From positions 64,001-128,000 of the forward strand of contig JAVVEA010000006.1 in NCBI GenBank assembly GCA_032250835.1: DNA of 64,000 bases, in the 5' to 3' direction. This document shows positions 19,467 through 29,329 of the stretch, piece after piece. The notes below the pieces were generated by a model. It was not told the origin of the DNA, did not search any database, and was given only the letters and a program-made list of their open reading frames with translations. Within the stretch, counting starts at the first letter, position 1. Every line of letters starts with the position of its first letter. Position numbers and translations under genes: made by a program. The stretch is from a bacterium (GTDB lineage: Bacteria; SAR324; XYD2-FULL-50-16).

Positions 19467-20756
19467 TTAAATCAACTGGCCTATGGCCAATGCGCCTTGG
19501 GTAGCGGTGATTTGGACGGTGATGATTTGGTTGCCTAAGTCCTGCTCGCTTTCGGCCAACACCCGCAGATAATTTCCGGTATATCCCGCATAGCGGTTCC
19601 CCCCTTCATTACGCTCAAACAAGACCGAAACCAACTGCCCCACCTGAGCTTGGGCGAAGGCCGCCCGTTTGGCGTCGCTTAGTTCGCGCAAAGCCAAGGC
19701 CCGCTCGGTGGCGACTGACGGGGTGACCCGCTCACCCAAGCTGGCGGCACGGGTGCCGGGCCGTTCGGCGAAGGGGAAGACATGGAAATATTGGATCGGT
19801 AGTTCTTCGAGAAGGCGGTATGTCGCTTGGAAGTCGGCGTCTGTTTCGCCAGGAAAGCCGACCATCACATCGGTGCCTAAGCCTAAGCCCGGCACAGCGG
19901 CGGCGGCGTCGAGCACAAAAGCCCGGTATTCGGCGGCGCTGTAGCGGCGGCGCATGGCCTTTAAAATAACGTCCGACCCGGCTTGCAGGGGCAGGTGCAA
20001 ATGGGGCGTGAGTTTTCGGTTGGGGTCCTTCATGGGGCCGAAAACCTCGGGGCCGAGGGTGGTCGGTTCGATGCTGCTGATCCGCAACCGCTCAATGCCC
20101 GGCACCTCTTCTAAGGCCGCCAGCAGCGCGCCAAAGTCTTGGCCTTCGGTGGCAAAACAGCCCAGATTCACGCCTGTTAAAACCAATTCCTTTACTCCTG
20201 CTTGGCCCAGGGCCTCGGCCTCGGACAGGGCGTCACCAAAGCGGCGGCTGCGCGAGCGCCCTCGGGCTTGGGGGATGATGCAGAAGCTACACAAAAAATC
20301 GCAGCCCTCTTGGATTTTTAGGTTCGCGCGGGTCAAGGCTAGGTGCTGGTCTGCCTGCAAGATGGTGAACTCTTCTTTGCTAATGGGCCCCACGGCGACC
20401 AAGGGGCCTTCGCCGGGCTCTAAGCGACCTAAGTATTCGACCAACTTCATCTTCTCCTGGGTGCCCAAAATCAGGTCCACCCCGCCGATCTCCAAGAGTT
20501 CCTCGCTAGACATCTGGCTGAAGCAGCCCAAGACGGCGATCACCGCACCGGGATTGTTTTTTTGGATGTTGCGGACCAGTTGGCGGACCTTTTGGTCTGT
20601 CTGGCCGGTGACGGTGCAGCTGTTGATCACGCAGAGATCCGCCCCGCCCTTTTCCTCAACCACCCGGTATCCTTGGGCTTTGAGCTGGTGCGCCAAAAGG
20701 GCGGATTCGGTCTGGTTTAGGCGGCAGCCTAGGGTGTGGAAACTGGCGGTCTTCAT
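19467..20756 (-). CDS. mtaB: tRNA t6A37 methylthiotransferase (MtaB/MiaB-like radical SAM)
   Basis: TLGCRLN, INSCTVT, KIQEGCDFLCSFCIIP, TRAM-like C-terminus. Confidence 0.88.
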   Translation of the reverse strand: MKTASFHTLGCRLNQTESALLAHQLKAQGYRVVEEKGGADLCVINSCTVTGQTDQKVRQLVRNIQKNNPGAVIAVLGCFSQMSSEELLEIGGVDLILGTQEKMKLVEYLGRLEPGEGPLVAVGPISKEEFTILQADQHLALTRANLKIQEGCDFLCSFCIIPQARGRSRSRRFGDALSEAEALGQAGVKELVLTGVNLGCFATEGQDFGALLAALEEVPGIERLRISSIEPTTLGPEVFGPMKDPNRKLTPHLHLPLQAGSDVILKAMRRRYSAAEYRAFVLDAAAAVPGLGLGTDVMVGFPGETDADFQATYRLLEELPIQYFHVFPFAERPGTRAASLGERVTPSVATERALALRELSDAKRAAFAQAQVGQLVSVLFERNEGGNRYAGYTGNYLRVLAESEQDLGNQIITVQITATQGALAIGQLI

Positions 20757-20897
20757 GGCTCCTTGGGTCAAGATCGGCCATTATCTACGGCCCAAGCCAA
20801 TCGGGCAAGGGCGGCTTGTCAAACCGGGGCTTTAGGCTGTACAGCCTAAGGGGTCTTTTGGTAGCCTGTCGGCAATCTATCTCCCCAATCAAGTCAA

Positions 20898-22799
20898 ATG
20901 TCTACTGTCCAAATCCTTCCTGAAGACCTGATCAATAAGATCGCCGCTGGCGAAGTGGTCGAACGGCCCGCTTCGGTGGTCAAGGAATTGGTCGAAAATG
21001 CCATCGACGCCGGGGCGGACCAAATCTTTGTTACCTTGGCCGATGGCGGCAAGCAGCTGATCAGCGTCTTGGACAATGGCGCGGGGATGAGTCCCGAAGA
21101 TGCTCAACTGGCGGTGCAGCGTCACGCTACCTCGAAGATTGCCATCGAGGCGGACTTAGAAAAGATTGCCTCCTTGGGCTTTCGCGGTGAGGCCCTGGCG
21201 GCGATTAGTTCGGTCAGTCGGTTTGAGCTGGTCACTTGTCATGATGAGGCCCAAGGCGGTTTCCAACTGAAGATCGAAGGGGGCAAGCCGCCCAAGACGG
21301 CCTCCCTGGGCTTTCCTAAGGGAACCAAGATCACCGTGGCGGACTTGTTTTTTAACCAGCCCGCCCGGCTGAAGTTCCTTAAGTCCGTCAAAACCGAATA
21401 CCACCATATTTTTGACCTGATCTTACGGTTGGCCATCGCCCACCCGCAGATTCAGTTTAAGTTGACCCATGACAAAAATCTGGTGCTTAACCTGCCCAAA
21501 GGGCAAGACCTGCTGGCCCGTATTGCCGACTGTTATGGCACCGAGATCGCCTCGGAGTTGGTGGCCATCGAATATGAGGAATCTTATCTGAAGTTCCGGG
21601 GATATTTTTCCCACCCCGCCAGCGCCCGCAGTTCCAAACGCTGGCAACATGCCTTTGTAAACCACCGCTGGGTCCGCAACAAGACTCTCACCCAGGCGGT
21701 TTATGAAGGTTATAAAACGCTGCTGATGAAAAACATGCACCCCATGTTTTTTATGGAAATCCAGTTAGACCCCCGTGAACTGGACGTCAACGTCCACCCG
21801 GCGAAAACCGAAATCCGGCTGCGCAATACAACGCTGGTCCACACCATCCTTTCGGGCCGGTTGCAGCGGGCCTTAAAGGAGGCGAGCCGCCGTCGCTTTT
21901 TTTCGCCTGAAGACGAGGCCGAAGCGGGCGGGATTGCTGCCCAGGGGGTTCAAGAGCGGATGTTGCCCAGTGGGGCCTTGCCGCCGGGACCCGGCAAGTT
22001 GTTTGTGGAGCTAAACGACCAGATTGGCTTTGAAGCAGGGCCGCCGCTTAAAACTAAGCCCGAGCCCATCAGGCCCCAACGCCCGATTCCTGGCCGCCTG
22101 CCCAGCCCGCCGCTTGAGACGACCCCAACCCAAGCTCCCGAACCCGAAGAATCCGCCTTTAGCTTTAATTCAGGCAGCGACTTCGCCCGGCCCCAGCCGA
22201 CCCACTTGGGGGCCGGGGCACCGGTCTATTCGGCCATTGGTCAATTGGGGAAAAAATACATCCTCGCCCAGGGGGCCGAGCGGCTGATTCTGGTGGACCA
22301 ACACTCAGCCCATGAGCGGATTCGTTTTGAGGAAATCCGGGGCGACTTTTACGCTAAAAAACTGGAAAGCCACAGCCTGATCATCCCCTTGCTGGTCGAG
22401 CTACCGCCCCAAGACGGCCTGTTGTTGGAGCAACACTTGCCCCAGTTCGCCCAGTTGGGCTTTGTGATCGAGCCCTTTGGCGGCAATGATTATTCGGTAA
22501 AAGAGGTGCCCAGCATCCTCAAGGACAAAGACGTAGGTGCGCTGCTCAAGGAGGTGCTCGACGAAATGAGCCAATTCGGGCGCAGCGGCAAGATGGAGAT
22601 TTTTTTTAACGAGGTCTTCGAAAAAATCGCCTGCCACTCCGCCATCCGCGCCGGGCAGTCCTTAAGCCTACCAGAGATGCAGTCTTTGCTCAACCAGCTG
22701 GCCAGCCTGGACCTACAAATCCACTGCCCCCACGGCCGCCCGGTCCTAGTCGAAATCAGCCTCACCGAACTGGACAAGCGCTTTAAGCGGATTGTATGA
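20898..22799 (+). CDS. mutL: DNA mismatch repair endonuclease MutL
   Basis: IAAGEVVERPASVVKEL, GFRGEAL, DQHSAHER, ACH, CPHGRP. Confidence 0.97.
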   Translation: MSTVQILPEDLINKIAAGEVVERPASVVKELVENAIDAGADQIFVTLADGGKQLISVLDNGAGMSPEDAQLAVQRHATSKIAIEADLEKIASLGFRGEALAAISSVSRFELVTCHDEAQGGFQLKIEGGKPPKTASLGFPKGTKITVADLFFNQPARLKFLKSVKTEYHHIFDLILRLAIAHPQIQFKLTHDKNLVLNLPKGQDLLARIADCYGTEIASELVAIEYEESYLKFRGYFSHPASARSSKRWQHAFVNHRWVRNKTLTQAVYEGYKTLLMKNMHPMFFMEIQLDPRELDVNVHPAKTEIRLRNTTLVHTILSGRLQRALKEASRRRFFSPEDEAEAGGIAAQGVQERMLPSGALPPGPGKLFVELNDQIGFEAGPPLKTKPEPIRPQRPIPGRLPSPPLETTPTQAPEPEESAFSFNSGSDFARPQPTHLGAGAPVYSAIGQLGKKYILAQGAERLILVDQHSAHERIRFEEIRGDFYAKKLESHSLIIPLLVELPPQDGLLLEQHLPQFAQLGFVIEPFGGNDYSVKEVPSILKDKDVGALLKEVLDEMSQFGRSGKMEIFFNEVFEKIACHSAIRAGQSLSLPEMQSLLNQLASLDLQIHCPHGRPVLVEISLTELDKRFKRIV

Positions 22800-22884
22800 C
22801 TTAAAAATCCCAGGATTGATTTCCAAACCACCAAGATCCTGGTCAGCTAGTTGTATTTGGTATTTATGATTAATTTGGGTATAG

Positions 22885-23541
22885 GTGTATTCAATGAGAA
22901 GGGTTAATTGGTTGGTAGGCTATTTTTTGCTTTCCTGTTTGCTCGTCGTGCCGGTCGCAAAGTCGGAGCCGATAGACGAATACATTAAGACCTTGGACTA
23001 TTATGTGGGGTTTCCAGGTCTACCTTGTATTGGTCAAATCGGGATGTTTTACAATCAAGGCTCACGGCTGATTCGATACGAGTACTGTAGCTGGGGAAAT
23101 TCCTGGAGCCAAGAACACAATCCAACCAATGGTAACGGTGTCTTGCTTAGTCGTGGTTTGGATTGGTTTTTCATAAATAAAAGGGCACGAATTTTCAGTT
23201 TCATGTTGTCTTACCGAAACGAAACATTCACGGGCTCACTCTCTAAGACCATGGACGATGGAACGGGAAATCAGGTCGAGTTATCCAATGACTTGATGGT
23301 TGGCACCAAGTCTCTCTCTGCAGGCTTTTCGTTGATGGTGGCATTTTCGGGCTGGACCGGATTCATGGAATTGAAGCCCTTGCTGCTCTGGAAATCTGAG
23401 CAGGACCAGCGATTGGCTTCAACCTCAACTTCGCCAACCTATTCGACCAGCGATATTGACCGCGAATTTGACGCAGAGGTGTCTGATATGCATTCGAATC
23501 AAAGATATCCTGGAGCCATATCGATGGGCTTTAGTTTTTAG
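22885..23541 (+). CDS. Hypothetical exported/outer-membrane protein
   Basis: Signal peptide, ends SMGFSF; AT-rich upstream region. Confidence 0.55.
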   Translation: MYSMRRVNWLVGYFLLSCLLVVPVAKSEPIDEYIKTLDYYVGFPGLPCIGQIGMFYNQGSRLIRYEYCSWGNSWSQEHNPTNGNGVLLSRGLDWFFINKRARIFSFMLSYRNETFTGSLSKTMDDGTGNQVELSNDLMVGTKSLSAGFSLMVAFSGWTGFMELKPLLLWKSEQDQRLASTSTSPTYSTSDIDREFDAEVSDMHSNQRYPGAISMGFSF

Positions 23542-23619
23542 TATCCAGCTCAGCGCCCTGCTCCGCCTAAGCCGCTAAAAGGATAGACTTGACTAATTCA
23601 AGGCTATTTCTTGGACCCC

Positions 23620-24126
23620 TTACCCCGGCCACTCCAAGCTACCCTCGGGCCAAAAGGCGGCGGGGTTTTCTTCGCCGGCCCAATAGTCTACCGGCTGGGT
23701 CATTTCCCAGCGCTGGTCGGGGCCCAGTTTGTAGTCGATCACCTTGCCGGTGTCGGGGTAATAGCCCCGCTCCGTCTCGGTTTGGTTAGAGCAGGAGAAA
23801 TACAGGCAGGGCTCTGGGCCGGGGTTGTAGAGTTGGTGCGCCAGGGCTTCGCCGGTGGGGCAAAAGACCAAATCCCCGGCGACCAAGGGTTTTACGCCCT
23901 CAGGTCCGCGCAGTAGCGCCCGCCCCTCTAAGATCAAAAACAATTCCTCTTGGTTTTGGTGCCCATGATAGGGGCAGGCAAAGTGCCCTACCGCCAAGCG
24001 TTGGACTTGGAAACCTAAGTGCTGGGCCCCGGCCTGGGCCGAAAGGCGGTTTTTCTCTACCCTATAGGCCCCTTGGTCCAAGAGGGTAAAGGGCCCTTCG
24101 GCGGTTTTGAATATCTTTTCGCTCAT
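23620..24126 (-). CDS. Cupin domain protein
   Basis: PYHGHQNQEELFLILEG...AHQLYN, YYPDTGK. Confidence 0.88.
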   Translation of the reverse strand: MSEKIFKTAEGPFTLLDQGAYRVEKNRLSAQAGAQHLGFQVQRLAVGHFACPYHGHQNQEELFLILEGRALLRGPEGVKPLVAGDLVFCPTGEALAHQLYNPGPEPCLYFSCSNQTETERGYYPDTGKVIDYKLGPDQRWEMTQPVDYWAGEENPAAFWPEGSLEWPG

Positions 24127-24142
24127 GGGATTACCTGAAACC

Positions 24143-24652
24143 TTAGGCCAGCGGCAAAACCAGCCGGGTTTTTAGTTGGTCCGTTGGGGTTTCCTTTGGG
24201 TCATTTAAATAAAACTCAAAGCTTTGTTGTGCCAAGGTTAGTCCCTGGTCCTCGGCCCAGCGGTTCAGTTCCTTGTATGAGGCCCCTACCATCGCGTAAG
24301 AGCCGGTATGGACCGCCGTCAAGGCTGGACCCCCGGCGAAGGACGCGGTCTTTAAAACGCCTTGTTCTTTGGCTCCATCAACGGGAAAACCTAACTGGTA
24401 ATGCCAGCGCTTAAAAACCATTTGTAGTAGGTTTTTGAGGGCTCCCGCCTGGTTCAAAGCCGCCCAATCCAAGTCCAGATAGACCGTAAAGGGAAACCCG
24501 CTGGCACTAAGTTCTTGGTCTTGCAACGCGTCCTTTAGCTGAGTAAAGCCTTGCTTCATTAGGGCAGGCATGGCTAACATTTTTGCATGTTGTTCCAAAA
24601 CCAGCGCGTCAAAAGGCTCGATGGTTTCTTGTTGGATATCTGAAAGGCTCAT
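24143..24652 (-). CDS. GyrI-like small-molecule-binding protein
   Basis: HTGSY...SFEFYLNDP...LKTRL. Confidence 0.85.
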   Translation of the reverse strand: MSLSDIQQETIEPFDALVLEQHAKMLAMPALMKQGFTQLKDALQDQELSASGFPFTVYLDLDWAALNQAGALKNLLQMVFKRWHYQLGFPVDGAKEQGVLKTASFAGGPALTAVHTGSYAMVGASYKELNRWAEDQGLTLAQQSFEFYLNDPKETPTDQLKTRLVLPLA

Positions 24653-24752
24653 GTGGAACTCCCTTGGGTTGATTGCTTGGGATTTGAATATAACCGATAG
24701 CGCCTCAGATTCCAACGCCTGAGCAAACAGTAAATTAATATAGTGAATTCAG

Positions 24753-25136
24753 ATGATTAAGATATACGGGATTGAAGAAATTTTAGAACCCAAGATCCCC
24801 TCCATGAGCGACGTGATCCAAGGCTGCATGCAAGACGCCCTGGGCTACCCTGCCAACAAGAGGGCCCAACGGTTTTTGCCGGTCAAGCGGGGGCACTTTT
24901 TTTCGCCCGAAGGCCGCACCGAAGCCTACACGATTTTAGAGATTTCCCTGCTTTCGGGCCGCAGCAAAGAGGCCAAAAAGACGCTGATTTATTTGCTTTT
25001 CGAGCGCTTTGAACGGGAATTGGGCATTAAGCCGGTAGATCTAGAGATCACCCTTTTTGATTCGCCCGGCGAAAACTGGGGCTTTCGGGGCATTACCGGC
25101 GACGAAGCCCAATTGGATTACAAAATCAACGTCTAA
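24753..25136 (+). CDS. Tautomerase family protein
   Basis: IKIYG...GRSKEAKK...ENWGFRG pattern. Confidence 0.85.
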   Translation: MIKIYGIEEILEPKIPSMSDVIQGCMQDALGYPANKRAQRFLPVKRGHFFSPEGRTEAYTILEISLLSGRSKEAKKTLIYLLFERFERELGIKPVDLEITLFDSPGENWGFRGITGDEAQLDYKINV

Positions 25137-26074
25137 TCCCAGGTTAAGACCAACTTACCGGCCACGTGCCCCTCTTCGCTAGCCTGGACGGCTTGGAGCA
25201 CCTCGGTAAAGGGGTAGACCTGCGCGATTACTGGGCGCAAAGTTCCTTCTTCAACCCAAAGGGCTAGTTGGTTTAAATCCTTTAAGCGCGATTCGACCAT
25301 CACCTGCAACCGTTTTTTGGCGAAGACCAAATTGCGCGGCGGCAGCCACAACATCCCCAACAACCCCGCTTGGGTGCTCACATACCGGCCCCCGTGGGCG
25401 AGGTGCTTTTGGGCTGGGCCAAAGGGTAGGTTGCCGATGCAGTCGAAGATCAAGTCATACTCGGCCAGCAGGCTGGGTAAGGGACCTTTTTGGTAGTCGA
25501 TCAAGTCAGCGGCCCCTAGGCTGCGCGCCAGCTCAAATTTACCTTGGCTGCATACCCCCGAGATCATAGAACCGTACGCTTTGGCCACTTGCAGTGCCAT
25601 CACGCCGACCCCACCCCCACAGCCGTTGACCAGCACCCGCTCCCCATGCTTGATTTTCGCCTGAGAAACCAGCGCTTGTAGGGCCGTTTGCCCGGTGAGC
25701 GGAAGCGCGGCGGCTTCGGCGAAGCTAAGGTTTTTGGGCTTAAGGGCGACCATCTCGGGCCCGGCAACCAGTTGCTGGGCGAAGGCACCGCCTTTAAAAT
25801 AGTTGGTTAGACCGAAGACCTCGTCTCCGGGTTGCAGCCCGGCCTGGGGCCCCGCGTCGATAACCACCCCGGCAAAGTCACCGCCCAAAATGGCGGGCGG
25901 TTGTTTGCCGGTCAGCATCTTAAAATCGCCTTGGCGGATTTTGTTGTCTACCGGATTGATGGAGCTGGCTTTGACCTCAACCAAGACTTGGTCGGCTCCG
26001 GGGCGGGGTGCTTCGGTTTCTTCTAACGACAACACTTCAGGTCCGCCATATTGGCGGGAAATTACAGCTAACAT
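25133..26074 (-). CDS. NAD(P)-dependent oxidoreductase (MDR/quinone reductase-like)
   Basis: SINPVD, GGDFAG, NGCGGGVG Rossmann motif, GKLVL. Confidence 0.9.
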   Translation of the reverse strand: MLAVISRQYGGPEVLSLEETEAPRPGADQVLVEVKASSINPVDNKIRQGDFKMLTGKQPPAILGGDFAGVVIDAGPQAGLQPGDEVFGLTNYFKGGAFAQQLVAGPEMVALKPKNLSFAEAAALPLTGQTALQALVSQAKIKHGERVLVNGCGGGVGVMALQVAKAYGSMISGVCSQGKFELARSLGAADLIDYQKGPLPSLLAEYDLIFDCIGNLPFGPAQKHLAHGGRYVSTQAGLLGMLWLPPRNLVFAKKRLQVMVESRLKDLNQLALWVEEGTLRPVIAQVYPFTEVLQAVQASEEGHVAGKLVLTWD

Positions 26075-26203
26075 TTGAACTCCTTAGAAATTTCAGACCA
26101 GACTAGGCCAAATTTAGGCGAGATTCAAGGGGTAGGTTGTACTCTAGACAAAGGTGGGCCTGAAAAGATATTCTAATCGATAACCTTAAGCCCTTGGCCC
26201 TGC

Positions 26204-27529
26204 ATGAAATTGATCGCCCTAGTCGGCAAACCCAACGTGGGTAAATCGACGCTCTTCAACCGCTTGGTTGGCCGCCGCTATGCGATTGTCGGGGCCCAGC
26301 CGGGCGTCACCCGCGACCGCAACATTGCCCCAGTGGACCGCAAGGGGTACCGATACCTTTTGATGGACACCGGCGGCTTCGAGCCCGAGGCGGTCGAAGG
26401 GATTCCCGCGAAGATGAAGGAACAGAGCCGCTTGGCGGTCGAAGAGGCGGACATCATCTTGTTTGTGATGGACCGCAGTTCGGGCCTGACGGTTAACGAT
26501 AAGGACATCTACCGCTACCTAAGCCAGTCGGAAAAGCCGGTTTATGTGGTCGTCAACAAGGTGGACAGCGACAAACACGAAGAAGGCCTAGGCGAGTTTT
26601 ACGAGCTTGGGGCCGAGACGCTCTTTGACGTCAGCGCCGAACATGGCCGCGGCATCAGCGAGCTGTTGGAGTTTTTGGGCGAACAGCACCCCGAGATCCT
26701 CAACCCCGACGACCCCCGCGAAGACGACGCCCTGTCCATCGCGCTGCTGGGCCGCCCTAATGCAGGCAAATCCAGTCTGGCCAACGCCTTTTTGGGCGAG
26801 AACAAACAAATTGTCCACGACGAACCGGGCACCACCCGCGACCCGGTGGACAACTACTTCCAGTTTCAGGGCCAGCGCATCCGCCTGATTGATACCGCAG
26901 GCCTCAAACGTAAGGCCAGGGTTAGCCAGAAGGTGGATCAATATTCCATGGCCGGTTCGATCCGCAGCATCGAGCGTTGCGACGTCGGCCTTTTGGTGAT
27001 CGACGCCACCGAAGGGGTGGTGGAGCAAGACGCACGTATCGGCGGGTATATTTTGGAGCGGGGCCGGGGCGTGGTGATTGTGGTCAATAAGTGGGACTTA
27101 GTGGCCAAAGACAGCAAAACGCTACAAAAAATGGAGCGCGACATCCGCGACCGCTTGGAATTCCTCGCCTTTGCGCCGATCCTCTTTGTCTCGGCTATGA
27201 CCCAGCAACGGGTGCCTAAAATCTTAGAAGCAGCCATGGCCGTTTTTGAACAATACCAAAAACGGGTCCGCACCGCCGACTTCAACAAGGTCTTAGAAGA
27301 GGTCACCCTGCGACACCAGCCGCCGGGCCGCGCGGGCAAAAAACCCCGGCTTTATTACGGGGCTCAAGTTTCTATCAAGCCGCCCAGCTTCGTGATCCAC
27401 ACCAACGAGCCAGACCTCTTGAGCGAAAGCTATCGCCGGTTTATGGTGAATCAGTTACGCTATTACTTCGGCTTCGAGGGGACGCCGATCAATGTCTTTT
27501 GGCGAGCAAAAAACAAAAAACAAGAATAG
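26204..27529 (+). CDS. der: Ribosome biogenesis GTPase Der
   Basis: Two G domains (GKPNVGKS, GRPNAGKS) and KH-like C-terminus. Confidence 0.97.
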   Translation: MKLIALVGKPNVGKSTLFNRLVGRRYAIVGAQPGVTRDRNIAPVDRKGYRYLLMDTGGFEPEAVEGIPAKMKEQSRLAVEEADIILFVMDRSSGLTVNDKDIYRYLSQSEKPVYVVVNKVDSDKHEEGLGEFYELGAETLFDVSAEHGRGISELLEFLGEQHPEILNPDDPREDDALSIALLGRPNAGKSSLANAFLGENKQIVHDEPGTTRDPVDNYFQFQGQRIRLIDTAGLKRKARVSQKVDQYSMAGSIRSIERCDVGLLVIDATEGVVEQDARIGGYILERGRGVVIVVNKWDLVAKDSKTLQKMERDIRDRLEFLAFAPILFVSAMTQQRVPKILEAAMAVFEQYQKRVRTADFNKVLEEVTLRHQPPGRAGKKPRLYYGAQVSIKPPSFVIHTNEPDLLSESYRRFMVNQLRYYFGFEGTPINVFWRAKNKKQE

Positions 27530-27533
27530 CCCC

Positions 27534-28151
27534 ATGAACTTCTTAAACCCCGAAATGCTGTCCCACGGCGGGCCGGTACTTCTGATCCAATTGATTTGTA
27601 GCATCGTCGCTCTGGGCGTAGTCTTAGAGCGTTTTATGTATCTGCGGCACGACAAGGTGGTGCGGGTCGATCTGTACCAAACCATCTTACGACAGGTCCG
27701 CGGAGGCGAGTTGAACTCGGCCTTATCCTCGGCCCAGAGCGATCCGGGGCCGATGATGCGCATCTGCGCCACCGCCTTGTCCCACGCTGAACAGGGCCCC
27801 CGCGAACTACGCGAAACCATCGAAGACGCAGGTAGGCTCGAAGTGCCCCGCCTGGAACGTTACCTAGGCATATTGCATACCATTGCGGTGATCAGCCCAC
27901 TCTTAGGTCTCTTGGGCACCGTCTTCGGCATGATGCGTGTCTTTGATACCATCGTCACCGAAGGGGCGGGCAACACCCAGCTACTCGCCGGGGGCATCAG
28001 CGAAGCCTTGGTGACCACCGCTGCCGGTCTTTGCGTGGCGATCCCCACCTTGGTCTTTTACAATTATCTTTCCAAGCGCACCGACAACCTTTTGGTGGAG
28101 ATGGAAGGCTTGGCGATTGAGCTGCACCGCGCCTTGAAGGGACGGGCATGA
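27534..28151 (+). CDS. exbB: MotA/TolQ/ExbB proton channel protein
   Basis: PLLGLLGTVFGM, GISEALVTTAAGL. Confidence 0.9.
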   Translation: MNFLNPEMLSHGGPVLLIQLICSIVALGVVLERFMYLRHDKVVRVDLYQTILRQVRGGELNSALSSAQSDPGPMMRICATALSHAEQGPRELRETIEDAGRLEVPRLERYLGILHTIAVISPLLGLLGTVFGMMRVFDTIVTEGAGNTQLLAGGISEALVTTAAGLCVAIPTLVFYNYLSKRTDNLLVEMEGLAIELHRALKGRA

Positions 28152-28552
28152 AATTCCGACAGAAGACCAAACCGAGCTTGGGGATTGAGATCACCCCGCT
28201 GATCGACGTGGTCTTTTTGCTGTTGATTTTCTTTATGATCAGCACCACCTTTGTGGCCCAACCGGGCATCCAGGTGGACCTGCCCCAAGCCAGCGCCCGG
28301 CCCGACGCCCAAAAGCCCGAATCTTTAGACCTGACGCTCACCAAAGAACACCGCATCTACTTAAACGGACAGGAACTTGCCCCAGACCAACTGTTAGCCC
28401 GCCTCAAGGCGGCACCGGGCGGAAAAGACCGCTCTTTGGTGATCCGCGCCGACGGACTGGCCCAACACCGGATGGTGGTTTTTGTGATGGACCAAGCCCA
28501 CCAAGCAGGCATCGGCAAACTGTCGGTGGCGACCATCGAACGGGAGCGCTAA
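28148..28552 (+). CDS. exbD: ExbD/TolR biopolymer transport protein
   Basis: ITPLIDVVFLLLIFFM, IRAD. Confidence 0.92.
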   Translation: MKFRQKTKPSLGIEITPLIDVVFLLLIFFMISTTFVAQPGIQVDLPQASARPDAQKPESLDLTLTKEHRIYLNGQELAPDQLLARLKAAPGGKDRSLVIRADGLAQHRMVVFVMDQAHQAGIGKLSVATIERER

Positions 28553-29329
28553 ATGAAGCTCTCGGCGGCGATCATCACGCTGAACGAGGAGCGCAATCTG
28601 GCGGCCTGTCTGGACAGCCTGGACTTTTGTGATGAATGGGTGGTGGTGGACTCGCTCAGCCAAGACGCCACCTGCGAAATCGCTCGTTCCAAGGGGGCCA
28701 AGGTCATCGACCAAGCCTTTTTGGGCCATGTGCGGCAAAAGCAACTGGCCGTGGATTCCTGTAGCCACGACTGGGTTTTGTGTCTCGACGCCGACGAACG
28801 GATCAGCCCCGAATTGCGGGCCAGTATCTTAGCCTTAAAAAATCAAGAAGAGCCTGAATTGGCAGGTTATCAGGTCAACCGGCTGAGCTGGCATCTGGGC
28901 CGCTGGATCCGCCACGGCGGCTGGTACCCGGACCGCAATATTCGGCTCTTTGACCGCCGGCGCGGCCATTGGGCGGGCTATGACCCCCACGACAAGGTGG
29001 AGGTTGAGGGGCCGGTGGGCCTGCTAACCGGCGACCTGCACCATTATGTGTTCAAAGACTTGGCCCACAACGTGGCGACCAATAATTCTTATTCGGGCAT
29101 CATGGCCAAAGACTTGGCCCAGGCGGGCAAAGGTCCTAGTTTACTCAAGCTGCTCTTTAAGCCGCCCTGGAAATTTGTGGAATGTTATGTTCTTAAGGCA
29201 GGCTTTTTGGACGGCATGGCGGGCTTCATCATCGCCGTAGGGGCGGCTTATTCGCTCTTTTTAAAATTCGCTAAGCTTTGGGAACAGCAGACCCTTGATC
29301 CGGGGGACAGTGAACAGCCCCGAAAGTAA
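28553..29329 (+). CDS. GT2 glycosyltransferase (LPS beta-1,4-glucosyltransferase-like)
   Basis: LSAAIITLNEE, LDADE, HGGWYPD, GFLDG. Confidence 0.9.
   Translation: MKLSAAIITLNEERNLAACLDSLDFCDEWVVVDSLSQDATCEIARSKGAKVIDQAFLGHVRQKQLAVDSCSHDWVLCLDADERISPELRASILALKNQEEPELAGYQVNRLSWHLGRWIRHGGWYPDRNIRLFDRRRGHWAGYDPHDKVEVEGPVGLLTGDLHHYVFKDLAHNVATNNSYSGIMAKDLAQAGKGPSLLKLLFKPPWKFVECYVLKAGFLDGMAGFIIAVGAAYSLFLKFAKLWEQQTLDPGDSEQPRK

Noticed and set aside
19954-20835. Long antisense ORFs (for example 293 aa opposite mtaB, and many opposite carB, hemA and pnp)
   Set aside because: Shadow ORFs of GC-rich coding genes with no motifs of their own.
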